A DNA stretch of 64,000 bases from Candidatus Marinacidobacterales bacterium (GTDB taxonomy: Bacteria; Acidobacteriota; Vicinamibacteria; Marinacidobacterales; DATDRI01): NCBI GenBank assembly GCA_965219415.1, contig CBDCNP010000002.1, positions 3,648,001-3,712,000 on the forward strand, given 5' to 3'. The notes beneath the pieces were generated by a model. That model saw only the letters and a list, made by a program, of their open reading frames with translations. It was not told the origin of the DNA and searched no databases. Below, piece by piece: positions 35,247 through 45,965 of the stretch (the first letter of the stretch is position 1; each line of letters begins with the position of its first letter). The translations under genes and the position numbers were made by a program.

Positions 35247-36268
35247 AGCGACCCCTCGTAAAGGACTTTGCGGTCGCCGGTGACGATCTCTCCAATCACC
35301 AACGGTGCGTGGCTCGACAGGAGCTCGAGGGCTTCCTGTCGATGCTGGCTCGCCACCATGACAACCAAGCCGATCCCCACGTTGAACGCGCGCAGCATCT
35401 CGCTCTGCGGGACCGAACCCTTGCGCCTCAGGTAGTCGAAGAGCTCGGGAAGCGCCCAACTACCCAAGCGAACGCGCGCCGAAGTGCCGCTTGGCAAGAC
35501 CCGCGGGATGTTATCGGTGAGGCCGCCACCGGTAATGTGGGCCATCGCCTTGACCAACCGCTTTTCGAGAAGAGGCTCTACCAATGGAAGGTAGCAGCGG
35601 TGTGGAGCGAGGAGAAGGTCGGCTACCGAAGCACCTAATTCTTCCACGATACTTTCTGGGCTCAGTCCTTCCTTCTCGAAGAGGATCTTTCGGGCCAGGG
35701 AGTAGCCGTTGGTGTGAAGACCGGTGGAGCCGAGTCCAATCAGCACATCGCCTGGCTCGACACTCGATCCATCGATGATGTCCTCTCGCTCCACGACACC
35801 TACGATGGTCCCTGCCAGATCGTACTCGCCCTCTTGATAAAACCCAGGCATCTCGGCCGTCTCTCCGCCCAATAGCGACACCTCAAACTCCTCGCAGGCC
35901 CGAGCGATCCCGGAGACCACCGCCTCCGCCACGTCGGGCACGAGCTTCCCCGTCGCTAAGTAGTCAAGGAAGAAAAGGGGGCGAGCCCCCTGCACGAGAA
36001 TGTCGTTGATGCAGTGGGAGACGAGATCGTACCCCACCGTATCGTGACGGCCAGAGGAGAAAGCGACTTTTAGCTTAGTTCCGACTCCGTCCGTGCTTGC
36101 GACCAAGACCGGCTCACGGTACTTGGTGGTGTCCAGACGGAAGAGCCCGCCGAAACTTCCGAGGTCTCCGAGGGTTCCAGCGGTGAAGGTCTTACGAGCC
36201 AGCCGGCGGATCTTCTCCATGGTTTTGGCCGCCGCATCGATATCGACCCCTGCCGAGGAGTAGTCCAT
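35243..36268 (-). CDS. purM: phosphoribosylformylglycinamidine cyclo-ligase
   Basis: MDYSSAGVDI, TDGVGTK, GGETAEMPG, GLHTNGYSL, HITGGG. Confidence 0.96.
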   Translation of the reverse strand: MDYSSAGVDIDAAAKTMEKIRRLARKTFTAGTLGDLGSFGGLFRLDTTKYREPVLVASTDGVGTKLKVAFSSGRHDTVGYDLVSHCINDILVQGARPLFFLDYLATGKLVPDVAEAVVSGIARACEEFEVSLLGGETAEMPGFYQEGEYDLAGTIVGVVEREDIIDGSSVEPGDVLIGLGSTGLHTNGYSLARKILFEKEGLSPESIVEELGASVADLLLAPHRCYLPLVEPLLEKRLVKAMAHITGGGLTDNIPRVLPSGTSARVRLGSWALPELFDYLRRKGSVPQSEMLRAFNVGIGLVVMVASQHRQEALELLSSHAPLVIGEIVTGDRKVLYEGSL

Positions 36269-36315
36269 GCGGGTGATTATCTCACAGCGCGCCCGACCCG
36301 TAAGGGCCGCCGGCC

Positions 36316-36541
36316 GGTCCGCCTTCGCCAAAAGGCTTCGGCGGATCCGCCGTAGCTCGAACGCACGTGGACGTGTTGAGCGAAGGCGGAGAGGAATTGC
36401 CGAGCGATTCGGCCGTGGCAATGGCCCGAGCGCAGCCTTGAGCCGATGCGGAGTCGCTTGCCGACGAAGCATTTCGGCGTGGGGGTGGGGCCCCGCGCCA
36501 TCAAGCAAAGAGCGAGGGCGGCGAGCGAGCGCGGAGCGAGC
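36316..36541. repeat. cluster of REP-like palindromes
   Basis: TCCGCCTTCGCCAAAAGGCTTCGGCGGA, CCGCCGTAGCTC...GAGCGAAGGCGG, GGCGTGGGGGTGGGGCCCCGCGCC; related copy at 22866-22891. Confidence 0.6.
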
Positions 36542-36706
36542 ATAAGTCCTGTTGACTGGCGGCGCGAGAAATTATAGGCTTCGCATCCGTAGGGGAGCCC
36601 AATCCAGTCAGAGACCGAAGTCCCGCCACAGGTCGAGCTAGAGCCGCACCGTTGGACGGCGGGTGGGGGGGCTTTACTAACCTTTTTCGAGTTTGGAGGT
36701 TTGTTT

Positions 36707-37330
36707 ATGTCGAGGAGATCGATTCTGCTGAGCATGGCGGTAGCCGGCTTGGCTCTTTACACGCCACTCTTGCTCGCCCAGGATGCGAAGTTCGAAGCAT
36801 TCGATGGTGAATCCGACCGTGGTAGCGCCAGCATCGCCTACTTCAGCCAACCTTCGGAGGACGAGTTCAACGCGGAGGGAGGGTTTGTCATCACTTATGG
36901 TCGGCCCGAGTGGCGAGCCGAGTATGACGAGCAGTTCGACGAGCTAACCAAAGGAAAGCGGTGGCGCTTCGGAAACAATTCCTGGACGACCTTGGATACG
37001 AACATCCCGCTTAAGATAGCGGGAGCCAAAGTCGCTCCCGGTTACTATTACCTAGTGCTCGAACGCGGCCAGGGTGACGACTGGGCGTTGGTGATTCTTG
37101 ATCCCGAACCACTCCAGAAGAAAAAGATGGATGCCTCCGGGGCCGAAGAGACTACCGGGGGAATCAAGGCTCCGTTGACAACGAGCATGACTGCGGAACC
37201 TGCCACAAAGCTCACGGTAAACCTAACTAAGAATGACAACGACCTAACCAAGGCGTCGTTGGACATTCAGTGGGGCAAGCGCAAGCTCTCCGCTCCGATC
37301 GACGTGGGAGTCGAAGTCCCAAGCTCCTAG
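36707..37330 (+). CDS. DUF2911 family exported protein
   Basis: Signal peptide; ITYGRP, WRFGNNSWT, VAPGYY, IQWG. Confidence 0.7.
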   Translation: MSRRSILLSMAVAGLALYTPLLLAQDAKFEAFDGESDRGSASIAYFSQPSEDEFNAEGGFVITYGRPEWRAEYDEQFDELTKGKRWRFGNNSWTTLDTNIPLKIAGAKVAPGYYYLVLERGQGDDWALVILDPEPLQKKKMDASGAEETTGGIKAPLTTSMTAEPATKLTVNLTKNDNDLTKASLDIQWGKRKLSAPIDVGVEVPSS

Positions 37331-37345
37331 AGAACGAACAAAGGT

Positions 37346-37400
37346 AGAGCGCATCCGCCGCCTGGCCATGTCCGGCGAGTGAAGCGGATGCGCTTTTTCT
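37346..37400 (+). terminator. intrinsic terminator
   Basis: AGAGCGCATCCGC...GCGGATGCGCTTTTTCTTT. Confidence 0.65.
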
Positions 37401-37403
37401 TTC

Positions 37404-37865
37404 CTAACCCCTTTTTCTGACGATTCTATCCAGCGAAAAGCGGCCCGCGCCCATCAGAATCAGCGCAACGAAGATCAGAACATAGACGAGCGCCTTCTCC
37501 GGATCTCGCCAGCTCTCGATGGTCTTCTCCGATGCCTGGTAGATGCCGAGCCAGACGAGCAAATGCAGGTGGAATTTGTGGCGTATGAATCCAGCCACCA
37601 GCATTGTGAAAGCAGAGAATGATGCGGCCACGCGAGTAAAGAGTCCGAGCGCGACTAGAAGACCGCCCGCGAACTCGGCGAGAGCCGCAGCCCAGGCGAA
37701 CAAGCCGGGCATCGGGAACCCGAGCCGCCCAACCCCCTCGATGAACCCGGCGCCTTCTCCCGAAACGAGGGCCGCGATCTTTCCCCAGCCATGCGCCAAA
37801 GCTAGCCCCAGTCCGGCCAAACGCAATACCAACAAGGCCACGTCTTTAATCATCGTTTGTTTCAT
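37404..37865 (-). CDS. DoxX family membrane protein
   Basis: LRL..G..LAHGWGK, AEFAGG, GAGRFSLD. Confidence 0.88.
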   Translation of the reverse strand: MKQTMIKDVALLVLRLAGLGLALAHGWGKIAALVSGEGAGFIEGVGRLGFPMPGLFAWAAALAEFAGGLLVALGLFTRVAASFSAFTMLVAGFIRHKFHLHLLVWLGIYQASEKTIESWRDPEKALVYVLIFVALILMGAGRFSLDRIVRKRG

Positions 37866-37881
37866 CTCCCTAGCACACCGG

Positions 37882-40800
37882 TCACCTTTGTGATGGCTTG
37901 GTTATGACTTCTTGGTGAATCTCTTGAAGGCTTCGTGGATCGAATCGACCTTGCTTCAACGCTTCGATGCCGGCCACGGTCGCGTTGGCACCAGTGAGAG
38001 TCGTGATACAGAGGACGCCATGCTGTATGGCCGTCATGCGAATCGCTTCTTCGTCATAGAAAGACTTTCTTCCGAGAGGCGTATTCACTATCAGGTCGAC
38101 CTTGCCGCTGATCAGATGGTCGACGATATGTGGACGACCTTCGTTGACCTTGAACACTCGCTCGGCGGATAGCCCGTTGGACTCGAGAAAGGCCGCCGTC
38201 CCGCGGGTGGCCACGAGGCGGAACCCCAGCCGCGTTAGTCGCCGCGCAACCGACACCAAGCCGGTCTTGTCATTATTGTTTACGGAGAGGAAGGCGGTCC
38301 CAGAGGTCGGAACCTTGTGGCCGGCCGCTATTTGCCCCTTCGCGAAGGCGCACCCGAAATCATAGGAGATGCCCATGACCTCGCCGGTCGACTTCATCTC
38401 CGGTCCGAGAAGGGTATCGACCCCCGGAAACTTCACGAAGGGAAACACCGGCACCTTGATGGAGACTTGCGGGACGGGGAGCTCTGGGGGTAGCCCAAGA
38501 GAAGCCACCGATTCACCCAACATGACCCGAAGCGCCGCCTCGACGAGGGCAACACCGGTCGCCTTGCTTACGAACGGAACCGTTCGTGAAGCTCGCGGGT
38601 TGGCCTCGAGCACGAAGACTTTCCCGTCCTTAATCGCGTACTGGACGTTGAGGAGTCCTTTCACCTGGAGCGCTCGCGCTATCTGTCGAGTGTAATCTCG
38701 GATCGTATCGAGATGCGCCGGCTCTACCAAGTAAGGAGGTAGGATGCTCGAACTATCCCCGGAATGAATCCCCGCTTCCTCGATATGCTCCATGATCCCG
38801 CCGATCAAGACGTCCACCCCATCGGACAAGGCATCGACATCGACCTCGAAGGCATCCTCCAAGAAGCGGTCCAGGTAAACCGGATGAGAAGGTGAGGCGT
38901 CCACGGCGTGGCTCATGTATTCCTGGAGATGCTCGCTGTCGTAGACGATAGCCATCGCCCGGCCGCCCAACACGTAAGACGGGCGCACCAAGATGGGGTA
39001 GCCAATGGCTGATGCCGCCTCGAGGGCCTCCTCGACCGAGCTGGCGGTGGCGCTCTCGGGTTGTGGAATTCCGAGCTTGGCTAGGAGCGCCGAAAATCGT
39101 TGACGATCTTCGGCGATGTCGATGCTGTCCGACGAAGTACCAAGGATGGACACTCCCGCCGCCTCGAGAGAGCGAGCCAGCTTGAGCGGTGTCTGTCCTC
39201 CCAATTGCACGACGGCCGCTTCAGGCCGTTCCGCGTCCACGATGTGAAGAACGTCCTCCAAAGTGAGTGGTTCGAAGTAGAGTCGATCCGAGGTGTCGTA
39301 GTCCGTCGACACCGTCTCCGGGTTGCAGTTGACCATAATCGACTCGACTCCTGCTTCCCGAAGCGTGTACGCCGCCTGGCAGCAACAGTAATCGAACTCG
39401 ATACCCTGCCCGATTCGATTGGGACCGCTCCCCAAGATCATGAGCTTCCGCCGATCGCTCGGCTCCACTTCGCTTTCCGATTGGTATGTGGAGTAGAGGT
39501 AAGGCGTGTGAGAAGCGAACTCCGCGGCACAGGTGTCGACCCGTTTGAAGACCGGCATGAGTCCCTGCTTCTTTCTTTCCTCTCGGATCGACTCCTCGCT
39601 GCTGTTGGTCAAAACTGCAATTTGTCTGTCCGAGAAGCCACAGGCCTTCGCCTCGGCGAGAAGCGAATCGGTACCCTCTGAAACCAGTCGATCCTTGAGC
39701 TCGACGATGAGGCGGAGCTGCTCTAGAAACCACGGGTCGACTTTACTGAGCCGGTGAATCTCCTCAACCGAAAACCCTTGCGACAGGGCGCCTATCAACT
39801 GTGCCAGCCGATCCGGCGTCGGTACCGGAAGGCGTTGTCGGAGCTTGCTAGGATCCGCGACTTCGGGATTCAAGACACCGGCCCCTTCATCGTTCCGCTC
39901 GAGTGAACGGAGCGCCTTCAATAGCGCCTCTCGAAAGTTGGATCCGAGAGCCATCACTTCCCCAACCGATTTCATTTGCGTCCCCAGCGTCCTATCGGCC
40001 TTGGGAAATTTCTTGAAGCTCCACCGTGGCATCTTGACCACCACGTAGTCGATGGTGGGTTCGAAGCTGGCGGGAGTGGTGCGGGTGATGTCGTTTTCGA
40101 TCTCGTCCAGACGATAGCCGAGCGCAACCTTCGCAGCGATCTTTGCGATCGGGAACCCGGTTGCCTTGGAAGCTAGTGCCGAGCTGCGAGAGACGCGCGG
40201 GTTCATCTCGATGATCACCATGCGCCCCGTCGAAGGCTCGACCGCGAACTGGATGTTGCTGCCACCCGTCTCCACGCCAACCGCATCGATGACGCGACGA
40301 GCCTGATCGCGCATCTGCTGGTATTCCACGTCGGTCAAGGTTTGCGCAGGCGCCACGGTGATGGAGTCTCCGGTATGAACCCCCATCGGATCGAGGTTTT
40401 CGATCGAACAGATGACGGTAAAATTCGAAGCGCCGTCCCGCATCACTTCGAGCTCGAACTCTTTCCAGCCCAGCAGGGACTCTTCGATGAGTACCCGTCC
40501 CACCGGTGAGAGGAAGAGCCCGCGCTTCATCAGCTCAACGAACTCGTCCAAGTTGTAAGCGACGCCTCCGCCCGCTCCACCGAGCGTGAAAGAGGGCCGT
40601 ATTATCGCGGGGTAACCTAACTCTTCGACGAACGCCACCGCTTCTTCGACGCTACCCGCATACCCGCTTTGCGGAACGTCGAGACCCGCCTCGGTCATCG
40701 CTTGCTTGAACAGTTGCCGATCTTCGGCGAGCTTCACCGCTTCGAGATTGGCTCCGATGAGGCGGACACCGTGTCGATCGAGCGCGCCCGAATCGGCGAG

Positions 40801-41103
40801 CTCCACCGCAAGATTGAGCCCAGTCTGCCCACCGACGGTCGGAAGGATCGCATCGGGCCGTTCCCGCTCTATGATGGGCTCCACAAACCTACCGGTTAGA
40901 GGCTCGATATAGGTGCGGTCGGCGAGCCCCGGATCGGTCATAATCGTCGCCGGGTTCGAGTTCACGAGAATTACTCGAACACCTTCGTGGCGCAACACTT
41001 TCACGGCCTGCGTCCCCGCGTAGTCGAACTCGGCGGCCTGACCGATCACGATCGGGCCCGAGCCCACCACCAAAACGCTTTCGATACTCTTGTCTCGGGG
41101 CAT
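37882..41103 (-). CDS. carB: carbamoyl-phosphate synthase large subunit
   Basis: [15 protein letters not shown], two ATP-grasp halves, MGS domain. Confidence 0.98.
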   Translation of the reverse strand: MPRDKSIESVLVVGSGPIVIGQAAEFDYAGTQAVKVLRHEGVRVILVNSNPATIMTDPGLADRTYIEPLTGRFVEPIIERERPDAILPTVGGQTGLNLAVELADSGALDRHGVRLIGANLEAVKLAEDRQLFKQAMTEAGLDVPQSGYAGSVEEAVAFVEELGYPAIIRPSFTLGGAGGGVAYNLDEFVELMKRGLFLSPVGRVLIEESLLGWKEFELEVMRDGASNFTVICSIENLDPMGVHTGDSITVAPAQTLTDVEYQQMRDQARRVIDAVGVETGGSNIQFAVEPSTGRMVIIEMNPRVSRSSALASKATGFPIAKIAAKVALGYRLDEIENDITRTTPASFEPTIDYVVVKMPRWSFKKFPKADRTLGTQMKSVGEVMALGSNFREALLKALRSLERNDEGAGVLNPEVADPSKLRQRLPVPTPDRLAQLIGALSQGFSVEEIHRLSKVDPWFLEQLRLIVELKDRLVSEGTDSLLAEAKACGFSDRQIAVLTNSSEESIREERKKQGLMPVFKRVDTCAAEFASHTPYLYSTYQSESEVEPSDRRKLMILGSGPNRIGQGIEFDYCCCQAAYTLREAGVESIMVNCNPETVSTDYDTSDRLYFEPLTLEDVLHIVDAERPEAAVVQLGGQTPLKLARSLEAAGVSILGTSSDSIDIAEDRQRFSALLAKLGIPQPESATASSVEEALEAASAIGYPILVRPSYVLGGRAMAIVYDSEHLQEYMSHAVDASPSHPVYLDRFLEDAFEVDVDALSDGVDVLIGGIMEHIEEAGIHSGDSSSILPPYLVEPAHLDTIRDYTRQIARALQVKGLLNVQYAIKDGKVFVLEANPRASRTVPFVSKATGVALVEAALRVMLGESVASLGLPPELPVPQVSIKVPVFPFVKFPGVDTLLGPEMKSTGEVMGISYDFGCAFAKGQIAAGHKVPTSGTAFLSVNNNDKTGLVSVARRLTRLGFRLVATRGTAAFLESNGLSAERVFKVNEGRPHIVDHLISGKVDLIVNTPLGRKSFYDEEAIRMTAIQHGVLCITTLTGANATVAGIEALKQGRFDPRSLQEIHQEVITKPSQR

Positions 41104-41105
41104 GC

Positions 41106-42194
41106 TCAGCCTCTCCGATCTTCGAGCATCTTGACGAAGTGATCGAAGAGATAGTGCGCGTCGTGTGGGCCCGGTGCAGCTTCGGGATGATACTGGATGC
41201 TCATCGTGGGACTGTTCTTGAGGCGAAAGCCCTCCAACGTGCCGTCATTCAAGTTGAAGTGAGTCAGTTCCACAGGAAGACCCCGCAAAGAATCTTCCTC
41301 AACGGAGAATCCGTGGTTCTGCGATGTGATCTCGACGGCCCCATCGGAAACCCTTTTGACCGGATGGTTCGCGCCGTGATGGCCGAACGGAAGCTTGAAG
41401 GTCTTGCCGCCGACCGCAAGGCCGAGCACTTGGTGTCCGAGGCAGATTCCGAAAACCGGCAAGCGCTCCATGAGCTCTTTGGCTGCTTCGACGGCGTACG
41501 TGAGTGGCTTCGGATCGCCGGGCCCGTTGGAGAAGAAAATACCGTCAGGCCTGAGAGATAATGCCTCGCGCGCCGGCGTCTGGGCAGGTATTACCGTGGT
41601 GCGGATGCCGCATGCGGCGAGACTTCGGAGAATCCCTCGCTTCATCCCCAGATCGTAGGCCACAATATGGAATCGCTCTTGCGCGGTGGCTGGCCAAGAA
41701 TAGGGCTCGCCGCAGGTTACGACCTTCGCTAAATCCGTACCGATCATCTCCGGGGCGCGGCGAGCCGTCTCCGCATGCTCTTGGACCGGGGCTTCGGTCG
41801 TCGTGAGGACGGCGCGCATTGCTCCCTTTGAACGGATATGCCGCGTCAGAGCGCGGGTGTCGATTCCGCAGATGGCGGGAATGCCGTGTTCGGTCAGGTA
41901 CTGCGACAGAGTGTCCTCGGCACGGTGATTGCTGGCCACCGGTGACGGCTCGCGCACTACGAGAGCCTGGACCTGCGGACGGGCGGACTCGACATCCTCG
42001 GAGTTGACCCCGTAGTTACCTATATGGGGATAGGTGAGGGTAACGATCTGTCCGCAGTAGGACGGATCAGTCAGGATTTCCTGGTAGCCGGTTAACGCGG
42101 TGTTGAAAACGATTTCGCCCGTAGCGTCACGGGCGGCACCAAAGGACCGACCCTCGAATGAGTGCCCGTCCTCCAGTACTAAGTATGATTTCAC
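41106..42194 (-). CDS. carA: carbamoyl-phosphate synthase small subunit
   Basis: SNGPGDP, GICLGHQ, QYHPEA. Confidence 0.98.
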   Translation of the reverse strand: MKSYLVLEDGHSFEGRSFGAARDATGEIVFNTALTGYQEILTDPSYCGQIVTLTYPHIGNYGVNSEDVESARPQVQALVVREPSPVASNHRAEDTLSQYLTEHGIPAICGIDTRALTRHIRSKGAMRAVLTTTEAPVQEHAETARRAPEMIGTDLAKVVTCGEPYSWPATAQERFHIVAYDLGMKRGILRSLAACGIRTTVIPAQTPAREALSLRPDGIFFSNGPGDPKPLTYAVEAAKELMERLPVFGICLGHQVLGLAVGGKTFKLPFGHHGANHPVKRVSDGAVEITSQNHGFSVEEDSLRGLPVELTHFNLNDGTLEGFRLKNSPTMSIQYHPEAAPGPHDAHYLFDHFVKMLEDRRG

Positions 42195-42304
42195 CCTAAG
42201 AGAGACCCCGGGGATTGTAGACGATCCTGGCCGAAACGCAAAAAGCCAACCACGGGGCTAAAGACGCCCGTAGCCAGCGTGTTATCATGCGCGGCGAACG
42301 CACT

Positions 42305-42460
42305 ATGAAAGCCCTTTCCTTCCTCTCCGCCGCATTGTTGGCAATCGGTTGGGTCTGGTTTTCGAATTCCGCGGCGCGGGCCCTAAACGACGAGCCTCAC
42401 CTCGCGAACGTGCGGCAGCTGACTCAGGGTGGCGAGACCCACATCTTCATCGCCGACTGA
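42305..42460 (+). pseudogene. TolB/PD40-like protein reduced to its two termini
   Basis: MKALSFLSAALLAIGWVWFSNSAARALNDEPHLANVRQLTQGGE|THIFIAD*IP*. Confidence 0.65.
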
Positions 42461-42470
42461 ATCCCTTGAG

Positions 42471-43583
42471 ATGACCCGCGAAGCGCCCGATGTCGTCATC
42501 ATAGGAGGCGGCGTCATCGGGTCGGCGATCGCGCTCCGCCTTGCCCAGGAGAATCTACAGGTAACGGTTTTGGATCAATCAGAGCCTGGCCGGGAAGCCT
42601 CAGGGGTCGCGGCGGGAATTCTGTCCCCTCAAGCGGAGTCCAACGGCCCGACACCTTTTTTCCAGCTTGCCCACGCGAGTCGAGCACTCTATCCATCCTT
42701 TGCCGACGAGCTCCGGGAATTGACAGGTGTAGACGTGGAGCTTCGACTGGACGGCGTGGTCGCGGTGGCGGAAACCGAAGCCGAAGACAAGGAGCTTGCC
42801 GCGCGGTTCCAATGGCAGAGCGAGGCGGGGTTCGCGGTAGAAAAACTGAAGGCCAAAGAGCTGACCGAGCTCGAACCGTCACTTCGGCCGGGTCTGCGGG
42901 GAGGCATCTTTTTTCCGAACAACGGTCATGTCGTCGGCCCAAAGGTTACCGAGGCGGTGATCCTGGCAGCCGCTAGCGCCGGCGTACGTTTCGAATCGGG
43001 GAACCCGGCCCGACGGATCCTACACAAAAACGGAAGAGTGACCGGTGTGGAAGCGGCGAACGGGGTCTTGGCCTGCGCTCAAGCCGTCAATGCCGCCGGA
43101 GCGTGGTCGGGTTTCGATTCGACCCTGCCGTTCGCGATTCCGATTCGACCGGCTCGTGGGGACATCGTGGCTCTCAGGGGAGAGCCAGCGCCGCGGCATG
43201 TCGTTTACTCACACGAACTCTATGTCGTGCCCCGGCTCGACGGCCGCATCCTGTTGGGAGCGACGATGGAGTTCGCCGGCTTCGACAGCACGGTCAAGGC
43301 GGCCGGCGTCCATAAGCTCATCGCCGGGTGCTTCGGACTTCTTCCCGATCTAGAACGTGCGGAATTCGATTCCGCTTGGGCGGGACTCCGTCCCTGCACA
43401 TCCGACCAACTACCCATCCTCGGCACCACTCCGATCGAGGGGCTGCACCTGGCGACCGGCCATTGCCGGAACGGCATTCTCTTGGCTCCTGTTACGGCTC
43501 GAGTCGCTGCCGATGTCATCACTAAGGGGACTTCAGAATTGGACCTCTCTCCGTTCTCCGTCTCTCGATTCGAGAACACGTGA
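42471..43583 (+). CDS. thiO: glycine oxidase
   Basis: IIGGGVIG, ASGVAAGIL, WAGLRP, GHCRNGILLAP. Confidence 0.85.
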   Translation: MTREAPDVVIIGGGVIGSAIALRLAQENLQVTVLDQSEPGREASGVAAGILSPQAESNGPTPFFQLAHASRALYPSFADELRELTGVDVELRLDGVVAVAETEAEDKELAARFQWQSEAGFAVEKLKAKELTELEPSLRPGLRGGIFFPNNGHVVGPKVTEAVILAAASAGVRFESGNPARRILHKNGRVTGVEAANGVLACAQAVNAAGAWSGFDSTLPFAIPIRPARGDIVALRGEPAPRHVVYSHELYVVPRLDGRILLGATMEFAGFDSTVKAAGVHKLIAGCFGLLPDLERAEFDSAWAGLRPCTSDQLPILGTTPIEGLHLATGHCRNGILLAPVTARVAADVITKGTSELDLSPFSVSRFENT

Positions 43584-44269
43584 GCTCCTTCTACCCACCC
43601 CTAGAGCCGGAGACACCTGCAAGGCCTGCACAGATCGTCCGGGAAACTCTCCTCTCCCGAAAGCCGGAAGGCTCCAGTGGTTGGATCGCTTTGGCGAGCG
43701 TCGCGGTGCTGTGCGGAGTTTCGGCGATCTATTGGACGGACTTTCTCGGGCTCACCTCTGAGCTCGCAGCGACGCCGGAAATGGTTTTCGACCGCAAGGA
43801 GTATTGGCGACTCCTCACCACCATCGGCACGCATGCGAACTTTCAGCATTTGCTGAGCAATGCCATCGTCTTCGGAGTCTTGAGCTACTTGCTCTACGGG
43901 TACTTCGGTCCGGTCGCTTATCCGGTACTCGCTTTGGCGGGAGGCGTCGCGGTCACGGCAGTGTCCTTGTCGACTTATCCACCGATGACGATCCTGGTGG
44001 GCGCTTCGGGAGTCACTTATCTGATGGCGGGGTTTTGGCTCACCCTCTATCTTTTCGTCGAGCGACGGTTTTCGGCAACGAAAAGACTTTTGCGCTCGAT
44101 AGGATTCAGCCTCATCGTGTTGATGCCGACGGCGCTCGAGCCGACGGTGAGCTACCGCACTCACTTGTTCGGTTTTGGAATCGGTATGGTGCTCGGGGTA
44201 GGCTATTTCTACTTCAACAAGGCAAGGTTGCGACGTGCCGAGCGCGTGGAGGTTGAGCTCGACTACTAG
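43580..44269 (+). CDS. rhomboid family intramembrane protease
   Basis: WRLLT, HLLSN, VGASG, THLFGF. Confidence 0.88.
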   Translation: MSSFYPPLEPETPARPAQIVRETLLSRKPEGSSGWIALASVAVLCGVSAIYWTDFLGLTSELAATPEMVFDRKEYWRLLTTIGTHANFQHLLSNAIVFGVLSYLLYGYFGPVAYPVLALAGGVAVTAVSLSTYPPMTILVGASGVTYLMAGFWLTLYLFVERRFSATKRLLRSIGFSLIVLMPTALEPTVSYRTHLFGFGIGMVLGVGYFYFNKARLRRAERVEVELDY

Positions 44270-44330
44270 CAGGGTGCCAGGAAGCCGAGCCGAGCGGTCA
44301 GCTGTCCCGCAGCATTGATGGTTGATGCAC

Positions 44331-44968
44331 TTAGAAGTAGAACCTGAGCTCGCTCTCGCGGACGCTTCGTAGCGGATTGGAAAGCTGCGCTAGCAGTGCC
44401 ACCGCGTGGCTACGGTACATGTCGATCCTCTCCATCCGTCGCTGAGCCTTCGGGTCGCCACTCTCTCGGAACAACTGGCGCAACTCCGACAACCGCCCGT
44501 CCGCCTCTTCCAAACTCAACGCGACGGAGATGAAGACCATGAGATCGATCTGGCGGCGACTGAAACCTCGGCTCTGCCAAACCAGGTCTTCGCGCAAGAG
44601 CGCTTGCTGCACCCGCAGGCTACGCTCGGGATCGAATCCCTCGGCGACCTTCTGGAGATATGCGGTCGCGGATCGAGTCAGCCGAGGCACGAGGCCGTGC
44701 GCCTGCTCTCGAGAAAAGGACATGGATCGATTTGGCTCGCCAATGGCTCTCGAAGCGAGCACGACCCTGCCTTGGACGGAAGGTCGGAGGCATCTTCGCC
44801 ACCGGGGCCACCAGGGCCACCAGGGCTCCCCGGGATCGAAGTACCACCCGCTTGTACCGATGTAGGCACAATCCCACACAAGGTGAGGGAGACCAAGGCC
44901 AGCATCAAGGCGCCCCTGGCAACGCCTGAGACAGCTAACCTTTTGTACTTTAAGGGGTTTTCCTTCAT
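44331..44968 (-). CDS. hypothetical exported protein with GPG linker, probably frameshifted
   Basis: Signal peptide plus PGSPGGPGGPGG in one frame, helical C-terminal region (MSFSREQA...LRFYF) in another. Confidence 0.4.
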
Positions 44969-45140
44969 TACCCCACCTCCACAGTTTGCGTCGGGAACGT
45001 CCTGGAACATCTTTAATAAGATACATAGGCAAATTGGATGCCAGGAATGGGGAGGAGTAGAGCTGGAGGAGGGCCGTCCAAACTAGGTTTTGCCAAGGGT
45101 TAACGTGGGCAGGACGGCGGTGAAACTACGCAGGACGGCT

Positions 45141-45953
45141 CTAGCTTCGGCGAGTTCCCTCGCCGCCATAGGCGAGGGCCATGGCGCGCTCGGTCACCTT
45201 GGCGTAAAGGCGACCGAGCGCACCGCGGATCTCCGGGTGTGCCTCCCAAAACGGAGGAACCCCGAGCCGCTTGAGAAGCGAGACCGACACCGCCGGAGGA
45301 CCCACCGACACGTGAAAGGTCTTCAACGAGTCACCGGCTTGCCAGAATTCGTTGATCAACTCGCGTAGCGAGGGTGCCTTTTCCCGCACCCCGGGGCGAC
45401 CCGACGCTTCGGCGGCTCGGTGCGCGCGGAGTGTTTTGAGAATCTTTTCTCGATCCCGACCGCGAATGCGAAAGAGTAAGAAAGGATCTTGATCCAACTG
45501 CTCTGCCAGAATGTAATGCACCGCGGCGATATGCTTGCATGGATTTGCGGCATCCGGGCACGAGCACTCAGTCACGAGGTCGCCCTGAGAAGTAGGAAAC
45601 AAGGACAGTCCCGCGCTTTGAAAGGCGTCCTCGATGTTTTGCGGCATCTCACCCGCAAGCAGCTTGGCGGCGAACAAGGCCTGAGAGGCTAGAGTCTGCA
45701 AAGCCTTTTCCCACTGCGCCCGAGTAAGCGACTTCACCCGAATCGTCACTCGATAGGGATCGTAGCGAGAACCCTGGATGTCTGCTTCGATTCGCCCGGG
45801 ATCGATCTCGAGTCGCAGCACGCGACCGGAGCGCGCGTAGCGACGCCCCCTTTCTAGCCGGCTCGCCAGACCGAGAAGCTCGAGGGCGGCGATCCACCGC
45901 TGCGCCCACCATTGCTCTGCGAACACGTCTCGTTTTTTACGCTGGGAAGTCAT
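45141..45953 (-). CDS. SWIM zinc finger protein
   Basis: RLERGRRYAR, CSCPD..NPCKHIAA. Confidence 0.92.
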   Translation of the reverse strand: MTSQRKKRDVFAEQWWAQRWIAALELLGLASRLERGRRYARSGRVLRLEIDPGRIEADIQGSRYDPYRVTIRVKSLTRAQWEKALQTLASQALFAAKLLAGEMPQNIEDAFQSAGLSLFPTSQGDLVTECSCPDAANPCKHIAAVHYILAEQLDQDPFLLFRIRGRDREKILKTLRAHRAAEASGRPGVREKAPSLRELINEFWQAGDSLKTFHVSVGPPAVSVSLLKRLGVPPFWEAHPEIRGALGRLYAKVTERAMALAYGGEGTRRS

Positions 45954-45965
45954 CGTCTCATCCCA

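Noticed and set aside
36550-36640. ZTP (pfl) riboswitch (GACTGGCG...GGGGAGC) near purM/purN
   Set aside because: Wrong strand for the pur genes, overlaps the putative -35 box, and the 3' CGCCTGGG hairpin is absent.
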